The notes beneath the pieces were generated by a model that did no database searches, had not been told where the DNA came from, and was given only the letters and a program-made list of their open reading frames with translations. From positions 32,001 through 96,000 of the IMG/VR virus record IMGVR_UViG_3300037478_000708: a stretch of DNA of 64,000 nucleotides, one strand, 5' to 3'. Numbering within the stretch: position 1 is the first letter of the stretch; each line of letters opens with the position of its first letter. Positions 9,454 through 18,907 of the stretch are shown here, piece after piece. The position numbers and the translations under genes are program-made. This DNA is from a virus.

Positions 9454-10019
9454 CAGCCGCGCGTGTCTTCCTCGTCTCGCTCCGCGTCCCGCTCCTTCTC
9501 TGCCCGCGCTATGCGGGCGCGGAGGTGGGGCTCGTGTCGCGCCACGTCCCGTTCCCGTTGGAGCTGGTCGCGCTCCACCTTGAGCTGATGGGCCTCGCGT
9601 TGGAGACTCAGGTTCGCGTCGCTGAGCCTCTGCGTGTACGTCCGCTCCGCCGCCAGAGCTTCGCGCAGTCTGACGACCTCGACGTGGACGTCCGCCGATT
9701 GGATTTCCTCCCAGAGGGAGTTCAGGGCTTCATTGGCGATGCCCGCGATGATGCGGTAGTGCGAGCGGCGCTCGTCGCCGTGGAGGGCGTGCTGAGCTAA
9801 GCCGCGGATCCGCTCCAGTGCGCCGGCCATCCGTGGCGCTCCCGCGAGCAGGCGTGCATTGGCCGCCTGTCCTGCCTCGTCGTTGTACGGATACTCGACC
9901 TTGGCGATGAGGTTAGGGGTGTCGCCGATCCGCGATCCGTCCTCGGCGTAGTGCGTTGGTCGGTCGTGGATCTCGTTCCCGTTGGCGACGACCCACTCCG
10001 CGTCCGCCTGTTGCTTCAA
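9453..10019 (-). CDS. Hypothetical phage protein with ANARL(I/L)AAAP-like motif and C-terminal coiled coil
   Basis: TTG at 10019 overlaps the upstream stop. Contains AANARLLAGAPRMAGALE, a motif common in phage proteins. Confidence 0.6.
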   Translation of the reverse strand: MKQQADAEWVVANGNEIHDRPTHYAEDGSRIGDTPNLIAKVEYPYNDEAGQAANARLLAGAPRMAGALERIRGLAQHALHGDERRSHYRIIAGIANEALNSLWEEIQSADVHVEVVRLREALAAERTYTQRLSDANLSLQREAHQLKVERDQLQRERDVARHEPHLRARIARAEKERDAERDEEDTRG

Positions 10020-10252
10020 TGCCGCGCCTCCTCCGGCTCGAACGCATACCCGCAAGCGGTGCAGAGGTAGGCGAGCCTGTTGCCCGACTGACCGTTGTCC
10101 TCGACCTCCGTGCCCGGTCCGCAGTCGGGGCACTCCGGTTCGGCGGCCAGTTGGGCGGCAGCGGAGCGCAGGAGATCCTCGCGCCCGGCAAGCAGACACT
10201 CGATCGCGTACTCGTCGGCGTACATGGCTTCCCTCTCGTTCGTCGTTGCCAT
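10016..10252 (-). CDS. Small Zn-ribbon protein
   Basis: CPDCG...CTACG; purine-rich AGGAAGAG upstream of the ATG on the minus strand. Confidence 0.65.
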   Translation of the reverse strand: MATTNEREAMYADEYAIECLLAGREDLLRSAAAQLAAEPECPDCGPGTEVEDNGQSGNRLAYLCTACGYAFEPEEARH

Positions 10253-10334
10253 GCTCTTCTCTTCGACGGAACCATATCCCGTTCTGAAGGCATTCGGGCT
10301 GGTTTTTTCAAGCGCGCGTCGGCAAGATTTTCCC

Positions 10335-10769
10335 GTGCCCGACAGCCCTCCGAATCCGCAGCTCCCGCCCGCTTCTACGACCCGGGTCGACGTGCGCGCT
10401 CAGGCGAGCGGCTTCTTCGCCCAACGCCGTCGCGGCGTCGTGCAGGAGCGCGCGCCCGGCTCGCTAAGCCGCGCGGACATCGATCGACTCATGGAGCGGG
10501 CCTACGCCGACGAAGCCTCTCCGGATCCCCCGGTCGCCCCGCAGAGGATCGAGAAGCGCCGGCCGCCGGCCGCGGAGCCCGTCGCCCGCCGCATGAGCCT
10601 TGCGCAGCTCGTTGCGCGCCTGCACGAGGCCAAGATGCGCAAGCGGACGCTTGCGGAGTCCGGCGACCCGGACGGCCCGGACGCGGCCTCCTGGGATCCG
10701 GGCGACGTCGTGCAGGGCGCACGGATCGCCGCAGGGGCGCTGGCACATCAACGCCGGAGGAACGGCTGA
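10335..10769 (+). CDS. Hypothetical protein
   Basis: GTG 10335 start is uncertain; stop overlaps the next ATG (TGATG). Confidence 0.5.
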   Translation: MPDSPPNPQLPPASTTRVDVRAQASGFFAQRRRGVVQERAPGSLSRADIDRLMERAYADEASPDPPVAPQRIEKRRPPAAEPVARRMSLAQLVARLHEAKMRKRTLAESGDPDGPDAASWDPGDVVQGARIAAGALAHQRRRNG

Positions 10770-11422
10770 TGCGGCTCCGAGACTTCCTGTTCACCGACCC
10801 CGGGCACGCTCCGCTCGCGCACCTCTACGGGCTGCCCGTGCGCTTCCAGGGGCACGACGGCACGGTCTACAACGAGCGTGAGGCCCTGCGCTACCGGCAT
10901 TTCCTTTCGGATCCGATGAACGAGGGTCTCGACGAAGGCTTCCGCGACAACCTCGGGCGGTACTTCACCGAGGAGGAGGTCGATACGATCTTCCGCGGGA
11001 AGTCGCCGGATTACGTCATCGACCACGCGACCTGGCTCGCCCGCCACTACGAAGAGGACGACACCGAGCCCGTCGACGCGGTTGCCCTCGACGAGCTGGA
11101 CGAGATCCTCAAGGGTGGGGAGAACGTCCCCTCCGGCTACGACAAGCTCGCGATCAGCCGGCTCGAGAACGGCAAGTACCCCGGTCGGGCGGAGGACGGG
11201 AAGGGCTTCTGCTTCCACTGGGCCGATGGCCGCGGTGTCTGCGGCTTCCGCTTCCGGAACGACGCGCTGCGTTGGGCGAAGGCCGAGCCGCGGGACATCG
11301 TGCGCTTCTGGTACGGCGAGCCCACGGCGCCGAGCGGCAAGTTCCGCTTCCGTGTGCGCGAGCGCTACCGCGCGGACGAGTCGATCACCACGTTCTCCGA
11401 GCTTCTGGCCCGGCGCGGGTAG
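10769..11422 (+). CDS. Hypothetical protein, possible head-associated
   Basis: GGAGG RBS and coupled start; has MNEGLDEG and ALDELDE motifs. Confidence 0.6.
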   Translation: MRLRDFLFTDPGHAPLAHLYGLPVRFQGHDGTVYNEREALRYRHFLSDPMNEGLDEGFRDNLGRYFTEEEVDTIFRGKSPDYVIDHATWLARHYEEDDTEPVDAVALDELDEILKGGENVPSGYDKLAISRLENGKYPGRAEDGKGFCFHWADGRGVCGFRFRNDALRWAKAEPRDIVRFWYGEPTAPSGKFRFRVRERYRADESITTFSELLARRG

Positions 11423-11526
11423 CGCCACGTAGACCCTCCACGCGCTGCGGGCGTTTTCAAGCGGGAAAGCTGTAGACATTGCGCTGCTACCTCTGCAAAA
11501 AGGGCATTGCGGGAGGCGAACCCCGC

Positions 11527-11646
11527 GTGACGCACAAGGCACCCGTCAACGGCCGGCTGCTGCCGAAGACATCGCATGCTGCGTGCGTCGCGGCTGCGCG
11601 GAAGCGTGGGTACGTCCGACCGCGGACGACCCGTGGCAAAAGCTAA
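11527..11646 (+). CDS. Possible small basic protein (39 aa)
   Basis: GGGAGG about 10 nt before GTG; overlaps the start of the next gene. Confidence 0.3.
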   Translation: MTHKAPVNGRLLPKTSHAACVAAARKRGYVRPRTTRGKS

Positions 11647-12859
11647 GAAGCGCAAGACCGAGAAGTACGCACGCGTGACGATCGAGCGGCACGCGCTCGA
11701 GAGCATCGTCGACGCCGGCTACAACCCCCGGCTCATCTCGCAGGAGGCGCTCGACGGCCTGTCGCAGAGCCTCGTCGACCTCGGTCTCCTGACGCACCTC
11801 GTCGTCAACCGAACGCGCGAGGGCCTCGTGCTGGTCGGGGGACATCAGCGCCGCCGGATCCTGCGCGAGTCCGGCGTGACCGAGGTCGACTGCATCGTGG
11901 TCGAGTTCGACCCCGACCGCGAGAAGCACGCGAACTACAGCCTCAACAACCGCGAGATCCAAGGCGAGTTTGTTCCGGAGCTGCTCAAGTCCGTGCTACA
12001 GCGGATCCGGGAGAGCGTCGGAGACGACCACAAGAAGCTCTTCGCGCGCCTGCGGTTCGACTCGCTCTACCGCTCCGTCCTGCGCCAGCTCGCTCACGTC
12101 GAGCCGAAGGCGAAGGGCAGCGTGACGCGCGGCAAGGTGCGCGACGACGACATCCCGAACCTGTCGCGCACGCGAGCGGTCTCCGAGGACGGGCAGCTCT
12201 ACGCGCTCGGCGACCATCGGCTCTACTGCGGCAAGGTGACGCAGCCGGGGAGCTTGACGGTGTTCGACGTCGAGCGCGCGGACATGGGCTTCCTGCGACT
12301 CTGCCAGGACGATCCTTTCACGTCCGAGTTTCTGGAGGTCGTGCTCGGGCACCAACTTCAAAACACGGAGGGGGTGGTCTACGTCGCGGGTCACTTCGAT
12401 TCGATCGCCGACGTGCAGGGTGCCTTCGAGGCGATGGGCGGGCACTGGAGCAACACGCTCATGTTCTTCCCGAAGGAGGCGAAAGGTCGACGCGACGATC
12501 CCTATCGCGACGTCGTGGTTCCGGTGCTCTACGGCTGGCGGGAAGGCTCCGATCACGGCTTCTACGGCGGGCGTCGACAGGCGAACGTGGCGCACCTCGA
12601 GGGGCTTCCACCGAAGACCGACGTCGCCGTCGAGATCGTGCAGCTCGCGATGGAGAACAGCTCGCGGCCGGGAGACGTCGTGCTCGACGCGATGCTCGCT
12701 CACGGCGCAACCCTGATTGCCGCCGAGAAGCTCGGTCGCAAGCTCATCGGCTACGTGCACTCGGCGCGCGAAATGGATCGCATCCGTCACCGGTGGACGC
12801 GGTTCGTGCACGGCCCGCGCGCTGACTGGCGCAAGAAAACCACGGAGGTACCGACTTGA
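11633..12859 (+). CDS. ParB-N domain + degenerate N6/N4 DNA methyltransferase-like domain
   Basis: YNPR, LVGGHQRRRIL, LGDHRLYCG, ENSSRPGDVVLD...TLIAAEKLGRK. Lacks DPPY and FxGxG. Confidence 0.75.
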   Translation: MAKAKKRKTEKYARVTIERHALESIVDAGYNPRLISQEALDGLSQSLVDLGLLTHLVVNRTREGLVLVGGHQRRRILRESGVTEVDCIVVEFDPDREKHANYSLNNREIQGEFVPELLKSVLQRIRESVGDDHKKLFARLRFDSLYRSVLRQLAHVEPKAKGSVTRGKVRDDDIPNLSRTRAVSEDGQLYALGDHRLYCGKVTQPGSLTVFDVERADMGFLRLCQDDPFTSEFLEVVLGHQLQNTEGVVYVAGHFDSIADVQGAFEAMGGHWSNTLMFFPKEAKGRRDDPYRDVVVPVLYGWREGSDHGFYGGRRQANVAHLEGLPPKTDVAVEIVQLAMENSSRPGDVVLDAMLAHGATLIAAEKLGRKLIGYVHSAREMDRIRHRWTRFVHGPRADWRKKTTEVPT

Positions 12860-13257
12860 ACGCGCTACGACGCCTACGTGCCCTGCTCGCAGATCTGCCC
12901 CTGAGTGACCTGCAGCTCAATCCGGTGTCAGGAGTCGTGAATCAGATCGAGTCGGAGATGCTGGAGGGTGCGGCGGCCGTGCTCGCACTCGGCTCCCTCC
13001 AGCAGATGATCGACGTGCGCTTCTTTGGGCACAGCCGGCCGTGCCCAATCTGCGCGCAGCACAAGACGCACGCGACCACGTGCTACGTGCGCAAGGCGAC
13101 GGGCTGGGATCTGCTCGACGAGACCGAGGCAACGATTCGCGAGAACGACGAGCTTCGGCGCGCGCTGGCGCGGCACCTGCCGCACAACGGCAAGACGATC
13201 CTCGCGGGGCAGCCCTACCGAAGCCTGAAGGACCGCGCTCGTCTTCACGGGGGGTAG
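12856..13257 (+). CDS. Hypothetical protein
   Basis: TTG overlaps the previous stop; CPIC...H...C motif. Confidence 0.55.
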   Translation: MNALRRLRALLADLPLSDLQLNPVSGVVNQIESEMLEGAAAVLALGSLQQMIDVRFFGHSRPCPICAQHKTHATTCYVRKATGWDLLDETEATIRENDELRRALARHLPHNGKTILAGQPYRSLKDRARLHGG

Positions 13258-13352
13258 ACGCCCGCCTCCTCGATCGAGAAGATACGCGTCCTGCCTGGAG
13301 TCCACACCTTGAACCTCCCACCCTTCCGCATGGCGCGGAACTGGAGCGCTTG

Positions 13353-15239
13353 ATGCCCGACGCAGCACACCCCGATTCCGTGAAAGAGCTGGACGAGTTC
13401 GCAGCCGGCGTGACGCTCTCCCAGCTCGCGATGTCCAAACCCGATCCGCTGACCGCGGACTACGTGGCGCAGTGGGCACGTGGGCTGGTCGAGATGACCG
13501 CGGCCGGTCGACAGCTCATCGACGCCCTGTACGCCGCGCTGGAGCCCAAGTACGTGCAGTTCGCGTATCGTGCGGGCTTCGGGGAGGTCCCGAACGCGAT
13601 GCAGAACCTCCAGATGGAGCTGGAGGACATCATCACGGAGATCTCCGTGCCGGAGGTCAACTACCCCGCGCTCTCGCACGAGTACCTCGAGGGCAAGGAC
13701 GCGGTGGGCTTCGTCGTCAAGGCGTTCACGGCCTTCTACGAGACGATCGGCAGCCCGCCCCCGAAGACGCTTCAAGCGCTGCCGGGTGGCACGGTGCTCT
13801 GGACCCTGATGCAGGGCATCGCGCAACTGAACCTCCACACGGCCGACCTCGGCTGGATGATCGACAAGTTGTGGGGTCCGGAAGAGCCGCCGGTGGATCC
13901 GCCGGCCGGAGGGGGCGGGTCGCCGTTCACCCTGCCGGGTGAGCCCTGGCACGACGAGAACCCGACCGAGCCCCTGATGGTGCCGTCGGGCTCGAACCCG
14001 CTCGTCTACGCGCTCGACGAGGCGAAGAAGGAGCACGCGGGCAAGACGTTCACCGAGGCCGACGTCATCCACGTCTACACGCAGCCCTACAACGGGCTCG
14101 GTCTCGGGATCGGTGCGACGGGCTGGACCCCGCTGATCTCCTACGCGCCGTGGTGGGGCGCTGCGCTGCTCGTGCTGCACGGGCAGGGTGCCGACCAGTC
14201 GATCATCCAGCCGAACGGTGGCGGCGGCTGGGGCTCCTCCTGGGGCTTCGAGCCGCACCCCGGCTGGACGGGTCGGATGGTGCTCGTCGGCTTCAAGCTC
14301 ATCGCCTCCGGCGGCAACGCGATCAGCGGTGGGCTCTACGGCTCGCAGACCGAGAACCCGCTGCGCGAGCTGCACATCGTCGCGAGCGAGTTCTGGGACG
14401 GCCCCGAGCGCTGCACGCGGCCGGTGTCGCTCAACCAGGCGTCGATCACGTTCCACCGCTGCAAGGCGCGGCTGCCGAAGTCGAAGGAGCACTTCTGCTA
14501 CAGCCGTAACCCCTACGGTCCGGCCGGCATGAACGACTGCGACATCGACGGTCTCGGTGCGCAGCCCTGGCAGGAGGTCGCGCGCCCGAGCGAGGGTCCG
14601 ACCTACCCCGTCGACGAGACGGTCATCACGGGGCTCGTCGCGCGGCACTACCACCAAGACGCCGGCCGCGCGGGGAGTGCCGTCACGCAGGCGGGCTCCG
14701 GGCGCATCTTCCGCGTGAAGGACTCGACGTTCGTCGACGTCGACCGCTCGGAGGAGAACCCGCCGGCTTGGGGCTCGGGCCTTCAGTCCTACGGGTGCCA
14801 CGTCACCTACACCGGTGGCATGGACAACTTCCGCCCGCTCCCCGGGGGCTTCGCCAACAAGGGCGTCTACTACGAGAACGTCGACTTCGTGCACAAGGAT
14901 CCCAACCGCACGCTCGTCACGTTCAACTCGGTCGAGACCGTGCGCATGACGGGCTGCGGGATCTGGGGCACCAAGGGTGTCGCGGTCGCGTCCGACCCGG
15001 GCGAAGGCGGCATCGTCGGCGATCTGGAGATCTCCGGCTGCAACACGCCCGAGGCCAGGGCGCGCATCCTCGCCAAGAGCGCCGAGCTGGATCTCGGCGT
15101 GACCGAGGAGCATCTGGTCGAATCGACCTTCCGCTTCGGGTCCGACAAGAACAAGGCGGAGACCGGCATCGCGATCTCCAAGGGGTTCAAGGTCAAGGAC
15201 ACCGCGATCGTCGGCGCGTTCTCCGGTACGCCCGGCTGA
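13353..15239 (+). CDS. Hypothetical protein with probable C-terminal beta-helix (pectin-lyase-like) region
   Basis: GGAG before ATG 13353. Helical N-part, Pro/Gly linker, then LHGQGADQSII and beta-strand repeats (FHRCK, VKDSTF, YENVDF, MTGCG, ISGCN). Confidence 0.55.
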   Translation: MPDAAHPDSVKELDEFAAGVTLSQLAMSKPDPLTADYVAQWARGLVEMTAAGRQLIDALYAALEPKYVQFAYRAGFGEVPNAMQNLQMELEDIITEISVPEVNYPALSHEYLEGKDAVGFVVKAFTAFYETIGSPPPKTLQALPGGTVLWTLMQGIAQLNLHTADLGWMIDKLWGPEEPPVDPPAGGGGSPFTLPGEPWHDENPTEPLMVPSGSNPLVYALDEAKKEHAGKTFTEADVIHVYTQPYNGLGLGIGATGWTPLISYAPWWGAALLVLHGQGADQSIIQPNGGGGWGSSWGFEPHPGWTGRMVLVGFKLIASGGNAISGGLYGSQTENPLRELHIVASEFWDGPERCTRPVSLNQASITFHRCKARLPKSKEHFCYSRNPYGPAGMNDCDIDGLGAQPWQEVARPSEGPTYPVDETVITGLVARHYHQDAGRAGSAVTQAGSGRIFRVKDSTFVDVDRSEENPPAWGSGLQSYGCHVTYTGGMDNFRPLPGGFANKGVYYENVDFVHKDPNRTLVTFNSVETVRMTGCGIWGTKGVAVASDPGEGGIVGDLEISGCNTPEARARILAKSAELDLGVTEEHLVESTFRFGSDKNKAETGIAISKGFKVKDTAIVGAFSGTPG

Positions 15240-15251
15240 TTCAGCACTTCG

Positions 15252-15283
15252 GCGGGGGGCGTGCTTTCGGGCGCGCTCCCCGC
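15252..15283 (+). terminator. GC-rich hairpin (TTCG loop) after gene
   Basis: GCGGGGGGCGTGCT-TTCG-GGCGCGCTCCCCGC; no U-tract. Confidence 0.45.
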
Positions 15284-15324
15284 TACGCTCTCGCGCATCT
15301 CCCTACCAACGAGGGCGTGAATCA

Positions 15325-16569
15325 ATGCCGGCGCAGATCAGGACGGAGTTGGAGGTCGCGAAGCTCGATCTCCGCAGACTTGAGTTCGCGGCCTACAACC
15401 CGCGGACCATCTCCGCCGAAGCGCGGCGGGGTCTGCACGAGTCGCTGGAGTCGCTCGGCCTGCTCGAGCTGCCCATCGTCAACGTGCGCCACGACCCTCC
15501 CAGGATCGTCAGCGGGCACCAACGGGTACGGGAGCTACTCGACGCCGGCTACACGCACTCGGACGGCGTTGTCGTGCGCATGGATGACACGGCCGAGATG
15601 GTCGCGAACGTCGCGCTCAACAACCACGCCGCGCAGGGCACGTTCGACCCGGTGCGCGCGCTCGCGAACGTCGAGAGGGTTGCGAAGACCTTGCCTCGCC
15701 CCGACTACACGCGCTTCGAGCAGCTCAGCCAGAAGCTCCGCGAGCAGGCGCGTAGGGCGCAGGCCAGCTCGAACCCGCGGGCCGAAGACGCCGTGTCCGA
15801 AGAAGCGGAGGCGGCTGACTCGGAGATCGGGCAGGTCTACTACCTCGGCGAGAGCGTGCTCTACTGCGGTGACTACCGAGACGGGCTCGCGGCCATTCTC
15901 AAGCGCAAGAAGGTCGACGTCGCGATCACCGATCCGCCGTACAACATCGCCTACACGAGCGGGAAATGGTTTCGCAACGACAAGCTGCGCGAAGAGATCG
16001 AAGGGGATGAGCAGGATCCCGCTGCTTGGACGGAGTTCGTGCGGGACTTCTGCGCGGCGCTCCTGAAAACGGTCAAGGGTGCGATCTACCTGTTCACGGC
16101 TGCGCAGGAGATGCACGAGGTTCAATCCGCCTTCGTGGAAGCCGGCGGAGACGTGCACCGCTGGATCGTGTGCGCGAAGGACGCGCATCCGCTGTCGCCG
16201 AGCGACTACCACCCGCAGTACGAACTCGTGCTCTACGGAGGTCGCGCGCGCACGGAGGTCGCCTACTTCGGGAAGGCGAAGACGAACGTCGTGCCCACGA
16301 AACGTCCGACCAAGAACGAGCTGCACCCGGCGCAGAAGCCGGTGAAGCTCATTCGCGAGTTCGTCGAAGACTGCACCGACGTCGGTGACACGATCCTCGA
16401 CCTCTTCGCGGGCTCGGGCACCGTGCTCTGCGTGGCCGCAGAGCTAGAGCGCATCTGCTACTCCTGCGAGATCGACCCGGCGAACTGCGACAAGATCCGG
16501 AGGCGCTGGACCGAGCAGGTGCACGGGAAGGGAGCGGACTGGCGAAACCTGACGCAGGTGAAAGTGTGA
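15325..16569 (+). CDS. ParB-N domain + N6/N4 DNA methyltransferase (beta class, motifs intact)
   Basis: YNPR, IVSGHQRV, TDPPYN, HPAQKPVKLI, ILDLFAGSGT, CEIDP. Confidence 0.9.
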   Translation: MPAQIRTELEVAKLDLRRLEFAAYNPRTISAEARRGLHESLESLGLLELPIVNVRHDPPRIVSGHQRVRELLDAGYTHSDGVVVRMDDTAEMVANVALNNHAAQGTFDPVRALANVERVAKTLPRPDYTRFEQLSQKLREQARRAQASSNPRAEDAVSEEAEAADSEIGQVYYLGESVLYCGDYRDGLAAILKRKKVDVAITDPPYNIAYTSGKWFRNDKLREEIEGDEQDPAAWTEFVRDFCAALLKTVKGAIYLFTAAQEMHEVQSAFVEAGGDVHRWIVCAKDAHPLSPSDYHPQYELVLYGGRARTEVAYFGKAKTNVVPTKRPTKNELHPAQKPVKLIREFVEDCTDVGDTILDLFAGSGTVLCVAAELERICYSCEIDPANCDKIRRRWTEQVHGKGADWRNLTQVKV

Positions 16570-17042
16570 TCCTCGTCAGCGGACTCCCTTCCAGCGGCAA
16601 TCGGCTGATCGCGGAGCACATCAAGCGCGGCGTTGCGGCAGCGCGCTCCGAGGAGTTCGTGCAGATCTGGCACGGGGATAACGAAGCTCCGAACGTCACG
16701 CGGCCGGAGGGAGAGCGTTTGGCCGTCGTCATGCCCGTGCGCGGTGAGTCGTTTCGGCTGCGCTCCGTCGACGAGCGCCTGCGCAGAGGTGAGGGGGTCC
16801 TGCCGAGCGACGTCGCGCAGATGCGCGCCAATCTCGTCCGGTTTCTCAGTTGGAACGACTGCCCTGTCTACGTGCTCAGCCTGGAGGGGCTCGCGCAGAG
16901 TCCGGAGGCCGAAGGGCGTCTTCTCTTCACGTATCTCCGGCTGCCTTGGGTACCCTGGCCAGCCGCGTTCTCTTCGGATCCGCGCAGGCCCGAGCTAGGG
17001 CGGGTCTACGATCCGAACCGACGCTACGGCCCCGTCCAGTGA
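16566..17042 (+). CDS. Sulfotransferase-family-like protein
   Basis: ILVSGLPSSGN resembles the 5'-PSB loop G-x-P-R-S-G-T; LSLEGLAQSPEAEGRLLFTYLRLPW resembles YEDLxxxPxxxxxxLxxFLGLxW. Confidence 0.55.
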   Translation: MILVSGLPSSGNRLIAEHIKRGVAAARSEEFVQIWHGDNEAPNVTRPEGERLAVVMPVRGESFRLRSVDERLRRGEGVLPSDVAQMRANLVRFLSWNDCPVYVLSLEGLAQSPEAEGRLLFTYLRLPWVPWPAAFSSDPRRPELGRVYDPNRRYGPVQ

Positions 17043-17058
17043 CAGCGTGTCACTGGAC
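17034..17058. repeat. Dispersed palindrome copy 3 (opposite loop orientation)
   Basis: GTCCAGTGACA-GCG-TGTCACTGGAC; contains stop 17040-17042 and abuts ATG 17059. Confidence 0.9.
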
Positions 17059-17703
17059 ATGCACCACCTCACATCGGAGGTTGCCTTGATCGACTGGAAT
17101 GACTACGCCGCGAGCGCGATGCGCACCGCGGTCGACTACCCCGGCCGGGGAATGAAGCTCGGATTGCTCTACACGACGCTCGGCCTGCGCGGAGAGAGCG
17201 GCGAGGTCGTGGAGCAGGCCAAGAAGCTCCTGCGCGACGACCACACGGCGATGACGGACGCGCGGCGACAGGGGTTTCTGGGTGAGCTGGGAGACGTGTG
17301 CTGGTACGCCGCGGCGGTGGCGAGCGAAGCGCGACTCAGCCTGGGCTACTGCCGAATCAAGTCACCGCTCGACGCGTCCGCTCTGGACTATCCCCTGCGC
17401 GGGTCGGAGATCGGGCTCTGCGCTGCGTCCGCTCGGCTGCACTCGGCGTGCGCCAAGGTCGGGGACTTTGCGTTGACGGTCATGAGCTACGCCGTAGCTG
17501 ACGGCGAGCACTGGTACGACGTCAGTCAGGGGCGCCGCGTGCGCGGGCTCGTGGCGACGGGGCTCGGTCAGGTCATGTTTTGGGTCGGAGCTGTCGCGGA
17601 AGAGGCGGGCTTCACACTCGATCTGACGCTGCGGACCAACCTCGCCAAGTTCGCGTCTCGCAAGGACCGCGGCGTTCTTCACGGCGACGGCAGCACTCGC
17701 TAA
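17059..17703 (+). CDS. MazG-like nucleotide pyrophosphohydrolase
   Basis: LGLRGESGEVVEQAKKLLRD...ELGDVCWY; C-terminal NLAKFASRKDRGVLHGDGSTR. Confidence 0.85.
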   Translation: MHHLTSEVALIDWNDYAASAMRTAVDYPGRGMKLGLLYTTLGLRGESGEVVEQAKKLLRDDHTAMTDARRQGFLGELGDVCWYAAAVASEARLSLGYCRIKSPLDASALDYPLRGSEIGLCAASARLHSACAKVGDFALTVMSYAVADGEHWYDVSQGRRVRGLVATGLGQVMFWVGAVAEEAGFTLDLTLRTNLAKFASRKDRGVLHGDGSTR

Positions 17704-17712
17704 CCTCGGCTC

Positions 17713-18819
17713 ATGTTCGTTCCCAAGGCCATCCGCGAGCAGGCCCACCGGGCGCTCGCTGCGCACAAGCAGCGTCCGATCCGCGACGTCGGCGGGGTCT
17801 CCGTGGCGGAGAAGCTCATCGCGGGTGACGTGGATCTGGAGACCGTCGCGCGGATGCGTCGGTTCTTCGAGGTCAACGGGTCGACGTTCGACGACTCGCG
17901 CTACCTGCAACACACCGAGGCGAACAGTCCGCTCGTGCGTTCGTGGATGTTGCACGGAGGGACCGCGGCTAGGACGTGGGCTGAGTCCGCCTTCGCGCAA
18001 GCGGTAGCCGAGGGCCGGGTCGAAGCAGACCAGTGGATCGAGCTGCTGCGGACGTCGCCGGACAACATCTACGAGAAGCTCAACTTCGGCGCGTGGAAGT
18101 GGGAGTACGGGATGGACGCCGGCCAGGCGGCGCGCTTCGTGGCCGAGTACACCAAGGCCCACCGAGTCGACTTCCGTTTCGATCGCGCGTTTGGTGAGAG
18201 CGCCGACGCGGTGAAGCGAGCGCTGATCCGTCGAGTCGAAGGAGAGAACCCGTTCAAGTTGCTCGCGCGGGCCGTGGGCGTTCCGCACCTGCAGGAGGCG
18301 GCGCGGCTCGACCTGCTCGAGCATCGGGGATCGCTGGGACATCCCAGTCCGAACTGGCCGGAGTTCATTGCCTTCTTCGCGCTCTCGACGCATGACTCGC
18401 AGGCGGCGAAGCAGATCGTGGAGGGCACGACCTACCCGTGGCGCGGGCGCGAGCCCCAGCCGGTGATGCGCTACGTCGAGCCCGTCGCGGACTATGTGAC
18501 CTTCTTCCATCCGCGCGGCGCCTGCTACGAGCGCAACGCTCCCCCGGGGCTCCTGTCCAAGGTGGACCGGCTCATCTGGGAGGCGTTCGAGGACGAGATC
18601 GTCAGCGAGAACACCGCGCGTAACACGCTGCACGACGCGCGTCGCTGGCTCGCGAAGCACGGGCACGCGCAGGGAGTCGCGCATACGCTGCTCGAGGCGT
18701 GGCACCGCCGGGAGTGGAGCTGGTTCTTGGATGCCCTTCCCCTGGACTCGCCGGTTCGGCCCCGCTTCGCCGCGTTCGCCGAGAAGGTGGAGGGGACCTG
18801 GCTGGCCGGGGGGTTGTAG
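17713..18819 (+). CDS. Hypothetical protein with an N-terminal domain recalled from phage head-morphogenesis proteins
   Basis: VPKAIREQAHRAL...LETVARMRRFF...WMLHGGTAARTWA, like the 'TVKRMxSFF...WxLWGG' domain. Confidence 0.55.
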   Translation: MFVPKAIREQAHRALAAHKQRPIRDVGGVSVAEKLIAGDVDLETVARMRRFFEVNGSTFDDSRYLQHTEANSPLVRSWMLHGGTAARTWAESAFAQAVAEGRVEADQWIELLRTSPDNIYEKLNFGAWKWEYGMDAGQAARFVAEYTKAHRVDFRFDRAFGESADAVKRALIRRVEGENPFKLLARAVGVPHLQEAARLDLLEHRGSLGHPSPNWPEFIAFFALSTHDSQAAKQIVEGTTYPWRGREPQPVMRYVEPVADYVTFFHPRGACYERNAPPGLLSKVDRLIWEAFEDEIVSENTARNTLHDARRWLAKHGHAQGVAHTLLEAWHRREWSWFLDALPLDSPVRPRFAAFAEKVEGTWLAGGL

Positions 18820-18845
18820 ACGCGGCGGTAGCTACGTCCTAGACT
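18817..18845 (+). promoter_or_regulatory. Putative promoter (TAGAC class)
   Basis: TAGACG-N17-TAGACT. Confidence 0.6.
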
Positions 18846-18907
18846 CCAGCTCTCCAAGGGCGCCAGCCCGCACCTTCACTCGGAAAATCCCATCGAGGAG
18901 CCCGACA

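Noticed and set aside
11423-11632. Riboswitch or ncRNA in this gap
   Set aside because: Only fragmentary resemblance to known motifs; a small ORF and two GTAGAC boxes without good -10 elements explain it equally well.
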